Below are positions 26,377 through 38,398 of a stretch of 64,000 nucleotides of DNA, piece by piece. The translations under genes were made by a program, and so were the position numbers. Source of the DNA: Malacoraja senta (taxonomy: Eukaryota); NCBI GenBank assembly GCA_038087875.1, contig CM075995.1:5272001-5336000 (forward strand), read 5' to 3'. How positions within the stretch are numbered: position 1 is the stretch's first letter; the number at the start of each line of letters is the position of its first letter. Under the pieces are notes generated by a model that was not told the origin of the DNA, did no database searches, and saw only the letters and a program-made list of their open reading frames with translations.

Positions 26377-26629
26377 AGGGCCTGTCTCACTTGGCGATTT
26401 TTTCGGCGACTGCCGGCATCATTAACGTATCAGGTCACTGAAAATTTTGTGGCGTGGTGCGGCGGTGACGCGGCGTGACGCAACGTGATGACGTATGACG
26501 TGCGGTGTTTTTTCAAATGTCACAACAATTTTTTTTGTCGCTGCTGGATTTTGAAATGTTCAAAATCTTTTGGCGACACTGATATGACACAGGCAGGCGC
26601 CGAAAAAATCATCAAGTGGGACAGGCCCA
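26377..26629. mobile_element. PIF/Harbinger-type MITE
   Basis: ~35 bp imperfect TIR agggcctgtctcacttggcgattttttcggcg; TTA at 26374-26376 and 26630-26632. Confidence 0.85.
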
Positions 26630-26633
26630 TTAG

Positions 26634-28896
26634 TAGGAATGTTACAAAAGTTTGAGATTTTAAAAATCAAGCCTGTAATTTATCCCATCAGATAAAGCAT
26701 TAATAGAACTTTAATTTGATACCTAATTAACTTTCATATCAACAGTATTTAAAATGTTATGGTCATTTTCATACTCGGAAATTAACATCTTGTTCCCTAT
26801 TGCTTTTCCTTTGCTTAACACAAAAACTGTGATCGAGGACATTCAAAAGCCCATAACTTTCTTAAAAATTAAGGGAACTGAATGAAATTTTCAGTTATTA
26901 TAGATTGAAGCATTCTGAAACAAATATGAAACATCTTACCTGGATGACCTGAAATTAAAGCATATACTTAGTTAGTTACCTAATTATAGCTAATTACAAA
27001 ATTGACCGTTGTGACGGAAATAGTAATAAACACAGACTGCCTTGAAAATTGTAAACTACAAGTTTTTGCTCTTCAAACCATGCATGACATGCTTTTCTGC
27101 CCACTACTTTCCCATTAAGAATGTCCTGTAGATCATCATATTTGGAGTAGTCCAAATTCGGATAATCTCTGCGAATGCTGTCTAAATCACTTTTGCTGGG
27201 CATTTGGATTGACAATTTTGCATTTCTTCTTCAGAGACATCTGTTTAAAATGTAAAGAAAAAAACCCCACTGAACAGCATTAACAGAAACAAGTTAAGGG
27301 GCTGTCCCACTTGGGCGACCTAATCCGCGAGTTCTGGCGAGTTTGCGCTCGACTCATACTCGCAGCATGATCGACACGAGGTCGTAGGAGGTCTTCGTAA
27401 CTCTCCTTCATGCTCGAGAGTGGTCTCCACGTACTCGAGGCCTCAGCTAGGTCGCTGCATTTTTTTTCAATATGTTAAAAAATGTCCGCGAGTAAAAAAA
27501 GGTTGCATGGAAAAAATCGATACTTTTTTTACTCGTAGGTTTAGTCGTAGTAGGTCGGCATGTTAGTCGTAGGTAATCGAGGGTAGTCTAAGGTAGTCAA
27601 AGGTAGTCGTAGATAGGCTTCATCATAGTCGGAGGGAGGTCGAAGGGAGGTCGAAGGGAGGTCGAAGGGAGGTCGTCTTCACTCTCCACTATTTGGTGTC
27701 CATTTTTCCCGAAGTTAGTCGTAGCTAGTCGAAGCTGGTCTTCAACATAGTCGAAGGAGGTCTTCTACATAGTCGAAGGAGGTCTTCAACATGTCATTTT
27801 TTCAAACTCTTCTAAACTCGCCAATTAGGTCGCCCAAGTGGGACAGCCCCTTTAGTCGTAACTAATCGTAGCTAGTCGAAGCTAGTCTTCAACATAGTCG
27901 AAGGAGGTCTTCAACATTACATTTTTTCAAACTCTCCTAAACTCTTCTAAACTCGCCAATTAGGTCACCCAAGTGGGACAGCCCCTTTATTGACAAAGTT
28001 AAACGCAAAAACAAAGTAATTACCCAACAAAAAATTCATATTCATCAGTTTCATCAAATCTAAACATCTATCCATTTCTTAAGAAAAGGCTAAAATGTTT
28101 AAATAGCCTCAGCATCCAAATAACAAATAACAAACTGATCCCATTCACACAAGAATTCACAATATAACATGATTTTTTAAATCTCACTTTGTCAGGAATT
28201 TATATGCCAAATGGAGGGAATTTAATGTTTAATTCCCATAAATTAATCCAGAAACATCCACTCTCAAGATAATCAAAATCATTATTTTTTGCACAATACA
28301 TCTGACTAAAACTGTACTGTGGATATTTAGTATGAAAATATTGATCATGGATAGAAAATAACACAAAATGTAGGTGATTTAGATGTTCTTATGACATGAT
28401 TGTGCAAAAAAATAATGAATTTGATTATCTTGAGAGTGGACGTTTCTGGAATGTGATCGATTGGAATGTTGCCGTTGCCATAAATTTTAAGCCCATATCG
28501 GCAGGCAAGACATGGCCGATTCATATGGGGGCCTAACTAACATTTTTCGCATCATATGATTAAAATGAAGCCACACCAAAAAGCAAGATGAAATGTTAAA
28601 TAAACGACATACTTTTTGTTTTGTCCTGATATTGCTATCATTGATGTTGAAGGCATTGAAGGCGTTAGAAGTCACATTTAACTTCAATCCAACGATGCAA
28701 TCGTCCAGAAAGAAAAACGGGAACGGAAGCGCGAACGATTTTTCTTCATCAGCTAGCAGCCCAAGGAAATCCCTCTCCAACAACCAATACAAACCTGCAT
28801 TTTAATCCCCCCCACCCCCCCCAAAAGCCTCCGGAATCGCATGCACAGGCAGTGGCAGATCTGCAGTACCTGCAGGTAGGTTTTGTAACAACGCTA
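26634..28896. mobile_element. Unclassified AT-rich putative DNA transposon
   Basis: Imperfect terminal inverted repeat taggaatgttacaaaa / ttttgtaacaacgcta; no TSD visible. Confidence 0.5.
27297..27986. mobile_element. PIF/Harbinger-type MITE with duplicated right end
   Basis: 28-bp TIR aggggctgtcccacttgggcgacctaat; matching ends at 27824-27851 and 27959-27986, each followed by TTA. Confidence 0.88.
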
Positions 28897-29320
28897 CATT
28901 GTAGTGCATTGTTGTGCATCAGTCCCTTAGATAAAGTCCAATGTCCTCAATGGGGTGGAGGTGAATCAAACAGTACCTTAGCTTATGGAGGGACTGTTCA
29001 GAAGCTTGATAATGAAGAAGCTGTTCCTGGGTCTGGTGGTGTGCACTTTTAAGCTTGTGGACCTTCTGCCAGATGGAAGTAGGGAGAAGATGGAGTGTCC
29101 AGGGTGAAACGCGTCTTTGATTATATAGGCCGCTTTTCTGAGGCAGTGTGAAGTGTAGATGGGGTCAAAGTGGGAAGTCTGGTCTGTGTGATGGACTGGG
29201 CTTCATCCACATCTCCCAGCAGAGCTGTACCCAAAGCAAGCATTGGTGCAAGCTGACAGTGTACTATCTTTGGTGCATCTGTAGAAGTTTGTATGAGTTG
29301 CTGGCTGTGTGCATCTAGCC
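28897..29320 (-). mobile_element. Diverged Rex1/Babar-like 3' fragment
   Basis: Antisense similarity to 4705-5234 (gcccagtccatcacacagacc, ttctacagatgcacc). Confidence 0.65.
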
Positions 29321-29427
29321 TGCTATAATCGGGGGTCACCTATCCCTTTGCTGTCCATGTTGTAAGTCACACCTAATCCCTCTGACCCGTTAGTCATGCA
29401 ATTTTGACTTACTGCATTGGTTCTTAA

Positions 29428-29795
29428 GCTCATAAGTGATAGGGGTAGAATTAGGCCATTCGGCCCATCAAGTCTACTCTGCCATTCAATCATGGCTGAT
29501 CTATCTCTCCCGCCTAACCCCATTCTCCTGCCTTCTCCCCATAACCATTGACACCCGTACTAATCAAGAATCTATCTATCTCTGCCTTAAAAATATCCAT
29601 TGACTTGGCCTCCACAACCTTCAGTGGCAATTGAATTCCACAGATTCACCACCCTCTGACTAAAGAAATTCCTCTTCATCTCCTTCCTAAAGGTACATCC
29701 TTTTATTCTGAGGCAATGGCCTCTGGTCTTAGACTCTCCCACTAGTGGAAACATTATCTCCACATCCACTCTATCCTGGCCTTTCACTATTCGGC
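29428..29795 (-). mobile_element. CR1 3' fragment
   Basis: FFSQRVVNLWNS motif and CR1 3' UTR. Confidence 0.88.
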
Positions 29796-30178
29796 AATTA
29801 AACAATTGTTAGTTAAGAATGAGGTATTTTCAAACTGGCTGAGCACAAGCCAGTTGAGCCCATCAAATGTAGCTTCACCCCTGATTCCAACTGGTTTATT
29901 CCTGAAGGAGGGCTAAAAAAATATTATAAGAGAAATTTGGAGGAAGAAGGGCCTCGACCCGAAACGTTGCCTATTCCTTCACTCCTATTCCTTCACTGCC
30001 TCACCTTCTGAGTTTCTCCAGCATTTTTGTCTAACTTCGATTTTTCCAGCATATGCAGTTCTTTCTTAAACATAAGAGAAATTTGTGTGATTTTAGTTTC
30101 AAATGTCCCAACTCTGAAATGCCCTCTCTGCTCTTCTCTCCAATTTCCCTTTTGCCTTTAAGATGCTTTGTAAAGCTA

Positions 30179-31365
30179 CAGTGCCCTCCATAATGTTTGG
30201 GACAAAGACCCATCATTTATTTATTTGCCTCTGTACTCCACAATTTGAGATTTGTAATAGAAAAAATCACATGTGGTTAAAGAGCACATTGTCAGATTTT
30301 AATAAAGGCCATTTTTATACATTTTGGTTTCACCATGTAGAAATTACAGCAGTATATATACATAGTCCCCCCATTTCAGGGCACCATAATGTTTGGGACA
30401 CATGGCTTCATGGGTGTTTGTAATTGCTCAGGTGGGTTTAATTGCCTCCTTAAAATAGAATGGCCAGGTCACAGTTTGCCAAGAAGTACTTAAAAGAGCA
30501 ACCACAGTTCTGGAAAAAGGTCTTGTGGACAGATGAGACGAAGATTAACTTATATCAGAGTGATGGAAAGAGCAAAGTGTGGAGGAGAGAAGGAACTGCC
30601 CAAGATCCAAAGCATACCACCTCATCTGTGAAACATGGTGGTGGCGGTGTTATGGCCTGGGCATGTATGGCTGCCGAAGGTACTGGGTCACTTATCTTCA
30701 TTGATGATACAACTGCTGATGGTAGTAGCATAATGAATTCTGAACTGTATAGACACATCCGATCTGCTCAAATTCAAACAAGTGCTGCAAAACTCAGTGG
30801 CCTGCGGTTCATTCTACAGCAAGACAATGATCCCAAACATACTGCTAAAGCAACAAAGGAGTTTTTCAAAGCTAAAAAATTGTCAATTCTTGTGGCCAAG
30901 TCAATTACCCGATCTGAACCTATTTGAGCATGCCTTTTATATGCTGAAGAGAAAACTGGAGGGGACTAGCCCCCAAAACCAGCATAAGCTAAAGTTGGCT
31001 GCAATACATGCCTGGCAGAGCATCACCAGAGAAGACACCCAGCAACTGGTGATGTCCATGAATCGCAGACTTCAAGCAGTCATTGCATGCAAAGGATATG
31101 CAACAAAATACTAAACATGACTACTTCAATTTACATTACATTGCTGTGTCCCAAACATTATGGTGCCCTGAAATGGGGGGACTATGTGTAAACACTGCTG
31201 TAATTTCTACATGGTGAAACCAAAATGTATAAAAATGGTCTTTATTAAAATCTGCCAATGTGCACTTTAACCACATGTGATTTTTTCTATTACAAATCTC
31301 AAATTGTGGAGTACAGAGGCAAATAAATAAATGATGGGTCTTTGTCCCAAACACGGAGGACACTG
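30179..31365 (+). mobile_element. Tc1-family DNA transposon, IR/DR type, internally deleted
   Basis: TA flanks (30177-78, 31366-67); CAGTG termini; ~220 bp TIRs, each with two copies of ccataatgtttgggaca. Confidence 0.96.
30460..31114 (+). pseudogene. Tc1 transposase catalytic (DDE) region; N-terminal DNA-binding domain missing; frameshift near 30890
   Basis: VLWTDETKI, KHGGGGVMAW, QQDNDPKH, then WPSQLPDLNLFEH and GYATKY in a second frame. Confidence 0.93.
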
Positions 31366-31505
31366 TACCTCGCAAAGGAAGATTTTGCTCATCTGTCCTA
31401 ATTTATCATTGTGCTATTTCTTGCCTTACAGTGCCAGAGACTCGGATTCAATCCTGGCTATTTGGTGTAAATTTCCATCCTACAATGCCCCTATGTGATG
31501 CCTTA

Positions 31506-31751
31506 AGGGCCTGTCCCACTTAGGCGCCATTTGCGCGTCATTTACGCGATATCATTTATGCGTCACTACGCACGGAGCGCGCGTCGTGACGCGCACGTGA
31601 TGCGCGCATGGTGCACATTACGCGAGCATGGTGCGTGGTGACGTAGGCAGTGACGCGCGGTCATATGCGGCGCCCCAGGATTTTGGGATTCACAAATTCT
31701 TCGCGCGCCACCTGCATGACGCGCAAATGATGCTCAAGTGGGACAGGCCCT
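31506..31751. mobile_element. PIF/Harbinger-type MITE
   Basis: agggcctgtcccactt ... aagtgggacaggccct, TTA at 31503-31505 and 31752-31754. Confidence 0.88.
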
Positions 31752-32419
31752 TTAGTGTACTTTGCTATGTTAAAGGCATTATGTAAATGAATACGGTTGT
31801 TGTTAGTGTAGCAGGATCTTGCCTGCATTATGTTTGGCAATCGACCTTACCCTGAATAAAACATTCAGATAGAGTGGACCCACAGCGCTGATAGATTGTT
31901 GGACTGCCCCATTCCATTGCTCATCTATTTTGGACTCTCATTCAACTCCTGCAAAGCTAATGTAGGCCGCAGAGAGAGAAGAAAGACTCAATCTATAATG
32001 ATATGATTGAGTTTGAATAAATGCATCTTAATGAACCCCAGAATGGAAATCTAATGGATCAAATTATGTGTCATTCAGCCTCATTATTTAACATTCAAAT
32101 AGACAGTCACTTCTCATTTGCCCTTTAAATATATTGAAAACAAAAGCAAAATGCCCATGGAATCAATTTGAAATCGTGGCTTTGATCCATACAATTTCCT
32201 AAGACCACTATCTCACTAATCTCATTGTGTTCTGCAGAGACAGGGGGTGCAGAAATAATGTTATATTGATACTATCAAGTGTCTGGATATCTGCCAACAT
32301 TCACTTATTGCATCTAATATTAATGCCCAGCGCACATCTTTGGTGTAATGATCGTGAAGGGCAATTGGGTGCTCTGCAAAACAAAACACTAAATTGTTGA
32401 AGATCCAGTTTGGAATGAT

Positions 32420-32711
32420 AAGCGGTAGAGTTGCTGCTTTACAGTGCCAGGGACCCAGGTTCGATCCTGACCTACGGGTGCTGTCTGTACGCAGTTTGTA
32501 CTTTTTCCCCGTGACCTGGGTGGGTTTTCTCCGGGAGCTCTGGTTTCCTCCCACACTCCAAAGACGTGCAGGTTTGAGGACTAATTGGCTTGGTATAATT
32601 GTAAATTGTCCCTAGTGTGTGTAGGATAGTATTTAGTGTGCGGGGACTGCGGACCCGGTGTGCCGAAGGGCCTGCTTCCGCGCTGTATCTCTAAAGTTAA
32701 ATAAAACTAAA
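32420..32711 (+). mobile_element. HE1-type SINE
   Basis: agcggtagagttgctgc head, B-box, tail; ccagtttggaatga occurs on both sides (32405-32418, 32713-32726), a likely TSD. Confidence 0.9.
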
Positions 32712-32929
32712 CCCAGTTTGGAATGACAATCTGAGGTTCTGACATTATGAATGCTCACACCCTAAATTAAACTCTGAAACAGCAGGTGCAGGATTCTTGC
32801 TGGGATCTCACTCAATTTCATCCCTCTCCCTAGACTCTGCCAGGAAGCTACCAGGAAGGGAGCCAAACCACCAGCAATACACGTTTTAGTTGCTATGGAA
32901 GAGACAGGCGCTGCGGAGTGAGGGAAACG

Positions 32930-33250
32930 TTACGTTACGATACGATAGAACTTTATTTATCCCAGGAGGGAAATTGATCTGCCAACAGTCATAAAAACAC
33001 AAAATACATGAAACATGAAATTAAAGTGACAAGTGGAAAGGCTTGGGGGATGTGCAAAGATTGAGGAGGGTGGGGAGGGAAGTCAGTCTACCCCACGACA
33101 GAAGGGGGAGTAGTTGTAAAGTTTGATAGCAAAAGGGAAGAAGAATCTCCTGTGACGTTCTGTCCTGCATCTTGGTGGAACCAGTCTGTTGCTGGAGGTA
33201 CACCTCAGGATGACCTGTGTGTCATGGAGGGGGTAAGCTGTATTGTCCGG
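32930..33250 (-). mobile_element. Rex1/Babar-like 3' fragment with (tcgta)n tail; a shorter related copy lies at ~18310-18445
   Basis: tacgatacgatagaactttatttatcccaggaggg is shared between both sites. Confidence 0.6.
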
Positions 33251-33339
33251 CTCCCACATTCACTCAAAGGGATATGAAACAGGGGGGGGGTGGGAGTGCA
33301 AAGGCAGGGGACTCACTAATCATAGTCGTATGAATTTGG

Positions 33340-33655
33340 GTGGCATGGTGGCGCAGCGGTAGAGTTGTTGCCTTACAGCGCCAGAGACCCGGGATCGATC
33401 GTGGCTAGAGGGTTCTGCTGGGACGGAGTTTGTACGCTCTCCCTGTGATCTGCGTGGGTTTTCACTGAGAATTTTGGTTTCCTCCCACACTCCAAAGACG
33501 TACAGGTTTGTAGGTTAATTGGCTTGGTATAAATGTAAAAATTGTGGCTGGTGTAGGATAGTGCTAATGTGCGGGGATTGCTGGTCGGCGCGGACTCGGT
33601 GGGCGAAAGGACCTGTATCCGTGTTGTATCTCTAAACTAAATGAAATTAAACTAA
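33340..33655 (+). mobile_element. HE1-type SINE
   Basis: gtggcatggtggcgcagcggtagagttg head; ctctaaactaaa tail. Confidence 0.9.
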
Positions 33656-34109
33656 GGTGTTTACTTTAGTCTCATTTTGCACTGACCCACCCTATACACA
33701 ATGCAGAAAGAAATTTAATTTCTTTACAGGGTATATTCAGGTGATTTGTTTCTAATAGCCTACACCTGCTGAAGGGAGGCGTCACAAGAAAAACATTTTA
33801 TACAGAGGGCTGAGTTCACATAGAGATGTCGTATCATGCCACGAGCAGCATCACAGGTAGTAAAGGTTTTTGGTACATTGGCTTTCATCAGTGTGATGTC
33901 TCTGAAGGTATTTTTTTGCCTCCTGTCCTGAGGTTCTTGGTCTATGGTCAGCCCTGGTTACTGCAATGCCTACAGTACTGGAGTGCTGCCAGCTGTGATA
34001 CCTATGGAATAACATGCTGGGCAGCTACATTTTGGTTGAAAGATTTACCTGTCAGTTGTGGCACAGTATGTGCGGTTTGCATGCAGTCAGTTCTGAAGGT
34101 GCGGGTCGG

Positions 34110-34903
34110 GGGCGGCATGGTGGCACAGCGGTAAAGTTGCTGCTTTACAGCGCCAGAGACCCGGGTTCGATCCTGTACAGTTTGTACGTTCTCCCCGTGA
34201 AAAGAAAAGAAGCAAATAAAGGCAAACATAAGAACCAACCTTGGAGGGGGGAGAGAGAGAGAGATGGGGAAAAAATACCAAATAACGTGAGTGACCGTGA
34301 ATGAGGGACTTACCTGCAAGCCAGCCAGGAAACCCATTCGACCGGTGCCCTTAATGACCTGACCCATTTAAATCCGATAACCGTTTAATCTTTCCCATCC
34401 ACCAATACATCCAATTAGTTCAAATGGTAATTGTACCCGCATCAGACAGCTTTAAGAAATTCTCCGTGATTCTTCAGCAATACTTGAAGGTCAAAACACA
34501 ATTGGTGACACATCGTGTTAATACGATGTTAATAGGGATAGTTAACAAGCGCTTAACAGCGACACCCCCACAGTCTTGCGGAAAGCGGAGACTTTAATAG
34601 ATTTTTTTTCACCAAATTTCAAAATCCGAATTACAAAACATGTGGGGGGGGGGGGCTTATCCCCCACCTCTCAAGACATGGGAGTGATGCTTCCCACCTA
34701 ATCCCAACCGGGATTTCCGCCCATGCCACTGGTTGTTTCGGTTCCCTCCCACACTGCAAAGGCGTGAAGGTTTGTAGGTTAATTGGCTTCTGTAAATAGT
34801 TCCTAACGTGTAGCATAAAACTGGTGTATGGATGATCATGGTTGGTGTGGACTCGGTGGGCCAAAAGGCCTGTTTTCATGCTATATCTCTAAACTAAACT
34901 AAA
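34110..34903 (+). mobile_element. HE1-type SINE split by ~520 bp of foreign sequence (34200-34724)
   Basis: Head at 34110-34199; body and tail resume near 34730. Confidence 0.75.
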
Positions 34904-35849
34904 CCTAGTGGCAGTTGATGGTCCCTTTAAAAAGCACATTTAAAAAAGGCAAGACTTTAGTGCAATAATGTTTCTAATTCTACCATTGCTCTTCCACAAT
35001 GACCATGTACTGGAGTTTTCGGATTCCTTTCACATTGAATACGTTTGGAAATGTGACCTATATGATGTTGTTTGGGCTTTACCTCATATTGGGCGAGGCA
35101 GATGGGAAGCTCGGGTGTCAAGGGGTAGGGGGCAGAGATCAGCCATGATTGAATGGCGGAGAAGACTCGATGGGCCGAATGGCCTAATTCTACTCCTATA
35201 ACTTGTGAACATGTGAAGAAGTCCCTGCGCCCAGTACAAGCTCAGGTCTGGCATAACTTGATCTCCAAGGCCAAGTCCTCTTGGTAATGTAATGTCCAAA
35301 TTGGATCACATAGAACTTAAAGACGGGTATACACCAGCATCGAGGTGGCCGCATGCTATAAATATACATTCATTATCAGCTGCTGCAGTATTGTGTCGGG
35401 GCATGATATCGCACTTTATGTCCCTTCAATCTGCTTTCTAGTTACAAATAGCATTTGCATTCGCAGCTTTACTGGAGACAGCAGAAATAACACAATTTCT
35501 TTCACTTGTCAGTTGACCTTTTGTGAAAAGAAAAGCTTTGCTTTAATTGATGCCACTTTATTGTAAAATCTCGATTTAAAATTGATCCATTTGCTGAGGT
35601 TTAAGTTTAAGATTGCTGCATGTAACTGAGGTACAGTGAAAAGCTTTGCTTTGCACGGTATCCAAAAGCATCAGATAATACTATGCATAATGCATTAATA
35701 CAATGAAGTCAAACTCCAGTACAATCGGTATAGCAAAGTGCAAGATACAGAGAGCAGAATATTATTCTCAGCATTGTAGTGTATTGAATGATGCAATGTA
35801 ATTAATGATTACAGAGTACTGAATGATGGGATGTATCTGTAGTTCAGAA

Positions 35850-36213
35850 CGGGCGGCAGGGTGGCACAGCGGTAGATTTGCTGATAGTGTTGGGGTAAGA
35901 AAGCTAGAAGAGAGGAGGGACAAGACCATAGTCCGGCAAGCACAGTGTCTTACAACAACAGAGACCCATGTTCAATCCTGATAACGGGTGCTGTCTGTAC
36001 ATTCTCCCCGTGACCGCGTGGGTTTTCCCCGGGTGTTCCGGTTTCCTCCCACACTCCAAAGACGTACAGATTTGTAAGTTAAAATTAACTTTGGTAAATT
36101 GTAAAATGCCCCTAGTGTGTGTAGGATAGTGTTAGTTTGTGGGAATCTCTGGTCGAAGCAGACTCAGTGGGCCGAAGGGCCTGTTTTCGCGCTGTATCTC
36201 TAAACTAAACTAA
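35850..36213 (+). mobile_element. HE1-type SINE with a ~65 bp insertion in the head
   Basis: gggcggcagggtggcacagcggtaga ... ctctaaactaaactaa. Confidence 0.85.
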
Positions 36214-36669
36214 GCATGTTGAGGACATTCTTTTCAAGAAAATAACTGAAATGACAGACTTGCTGTACATTTAATTCTTTTATTGTATCTTCTATCTCTC
36301 TTCTCTCTTAACATCTGTGGGAATGGAATTGAACTTTAGTGGCAATCAAAAAGGGGCTCCTTGTTTTCTCTGCCCTTTGTGTCCTGCCAGTGTTTAATGC
36401 TATTGATGCCAATCGGACTGCATAGCCAGCTGGATGTCAGGAAGTATTGAAATTTCATCTGCTTTGCCTCTGCTGCCCTTTCCAATTTTACCCCCAGCTG
36501 AATTTCTTTTCTGTGTGGTGCCTAAAACAGCAATATCTACTTCTCCTTTAGGAGATCCTGCTTTTCTTTGGCTTAAATTACAAAATGGGAAACAGTCCTC
36601 ACACCAGCAGGTTGTGCTGTGCGTTTCAGTTCCACTTCAGCAAATTTAACGCACATATAACTGGACGGG

Positions 36670-36955
36670 CTTTTTGCTGCAGTGCTGATGGAGTGCTGTA
36701 CAGGAGGATGAGTGTCTCAGATGTAACATTAAATCAAACGTTAATCTTCTCTGTCACAGGGACGCAAAACAAAATCCCACATTCTGACCAGTATTTATCC
36801 CTCAGTAAGCATGAATAAAACTTCTGATTGTTATCGCGTTTAAGTTTGGAGAGCTTACAGTGTGGAAAGTAGCTCCAGCGATTTCCAAATTACAAAGACG
36901 TTTGCTGAAAGAGCTTTGGGATGAGAAGGGTGCTATAATATTTCAAGTGTTTTTT
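36670..36955 (+). mobile_element. Old DeuSINE-like remnant
   Basis: gcagtgctgatggagtgctg, ctgaccagtatttatccctca, gctttgggatg...gtgctatataa blocks resemble SacSINE1/AmnSINE1 as recalled. Confidence 0.55.
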
Positions 36956-37485
36956 CTTGGTGGAAAAAAGTGCTGGAATTTCCCTTGATTAGTTTTAGGC
37001 CCAGAGGAAATCGTGCCCGAGTTATCCTTTGGAAATTAAATCAATTAATGTTAAATACATGAATGGGTAGATTGCACAAATACTGTTGAACACAAATTTT
37101 TGGTCCCAATTACTCCTCTGTTCTTGTTCGGATGTGGTTAAATTTGGCAATGTCCTTTGAGTGGAGTTCAATTTTTAGCACAGATGCAGAACTGAATCTA
37201 GAAGATCAATGGCCTGTTTGGTTGATTTTCCAGTTTGTCAGATGGGAATCAGGTGCCGCACTTTAGCTCCCAAAACCTTACTAACTTTCAACTTCATTGA
37301 AGTTGCCTGATGCAAGCTCTTATACGAGTGCCTGAGTGCTTTCATACCACTTTCCAGGACTCAATGCTGATGTACTAAAAGTATCCTCTCAGGTTAATAA
37401 TCTTCTCCTCAATGAAATTTCCCTGGAGATTGGCCAGATTGAACTCCATATCTTGCAGATCACAGAACTCAATCACCAAAAATAT

Positions 37486-38398
37486 ATATATATATATATA
37501 TATTTTATTTTTATTAGAAGTATTGTACATTACAGTGATCTCCAATAAACGTAAGGTTATACTTTTCTTGTACCACTTCTTATTTTAAACTTTAATAAGA
37601 GAAAAGGATAGAAAGAGTTAGTAAAGATAGTAAGTGAGTGATTGAAAGAGTGGTCCAGGAACACCCATATGGACCTAAACCACAAGAAATAGTTTTTAAA
37701 AAAGGGAAAAACCAAAAGCAGGAAAAAGAAAAAAGAAAAAATAAGATAAGATAGGACAATATGAAAGGGATGTACCTACTTCATATCTTTACTCACCCCT
37801 CGCCAGGTCCTGAAACCATTTATTATCAACATTTTGTTGCACTCTATGTTTGTAATAAGTCGATAAATGGAGACCAAATCTTTTGGAATTGGTCTGGTTT
37901 ACCTGCTAAGAGGAATCTCATATCTTCTAGGTGTAACAATTCCGACATATTAGAAATCCACATTTTTGTCGTTGGCGTGGGAGCGTTTTTCCAAAATTTC
38001 AGGATATGTTTTTTGCCGTTATTAAGCCATAATTAAGAAAGCTCCTTTGAAACAAAGTCAGCTCCAAACTTGCTTCTATTGTTCCAAAAATAATCAGTTC
38101 TGCATTCGGTTTCAGTTTTATTTTAAATAATTTCGTGAAAATTTCAAACATTTCATTCCAAAATTTTTGAATTTTTATACAAAAAACAAAAGAATGTGCT
38201 ATAGTTGCTTCTTGTGCTAGGCATTTATCATAGATAGAAGAGGTATTTGGGTAAAATTTACTTAATTTAGCTTTTGAATAGTAAAATCTATGTAAAATTT
38301 TAAATTGAATTAGAGTATGTCTTACGTTAATCGAGCATTTATGCACATATAACAGGTGTTTATCCCAACTCTCTTTCGAGATTTTTATAGCTAGTTCT
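37486..38398 (-). mobile_element. L1-clade LINE 3' fragment
   Basis: IQFKILHRFYYS...DKC...HSFVFC ORF2 C-terminus; A-rich tail; TSD accaaaaatat (37475-37485 / 38399-38409). Confidence 0.88.

Noticed and set aside
32889..32904. RFX X-box-like gttgctatggaaga
   Set aside because: Second half-site is poor and there is no promoter context
37336..37548. Possible host exon after ttttccag (GLNADVLKVSSQVNNLLLNEISLEIGQ...)
   Set aside because: No recognisable protein, no convincing donor site, runs into an L1 tail
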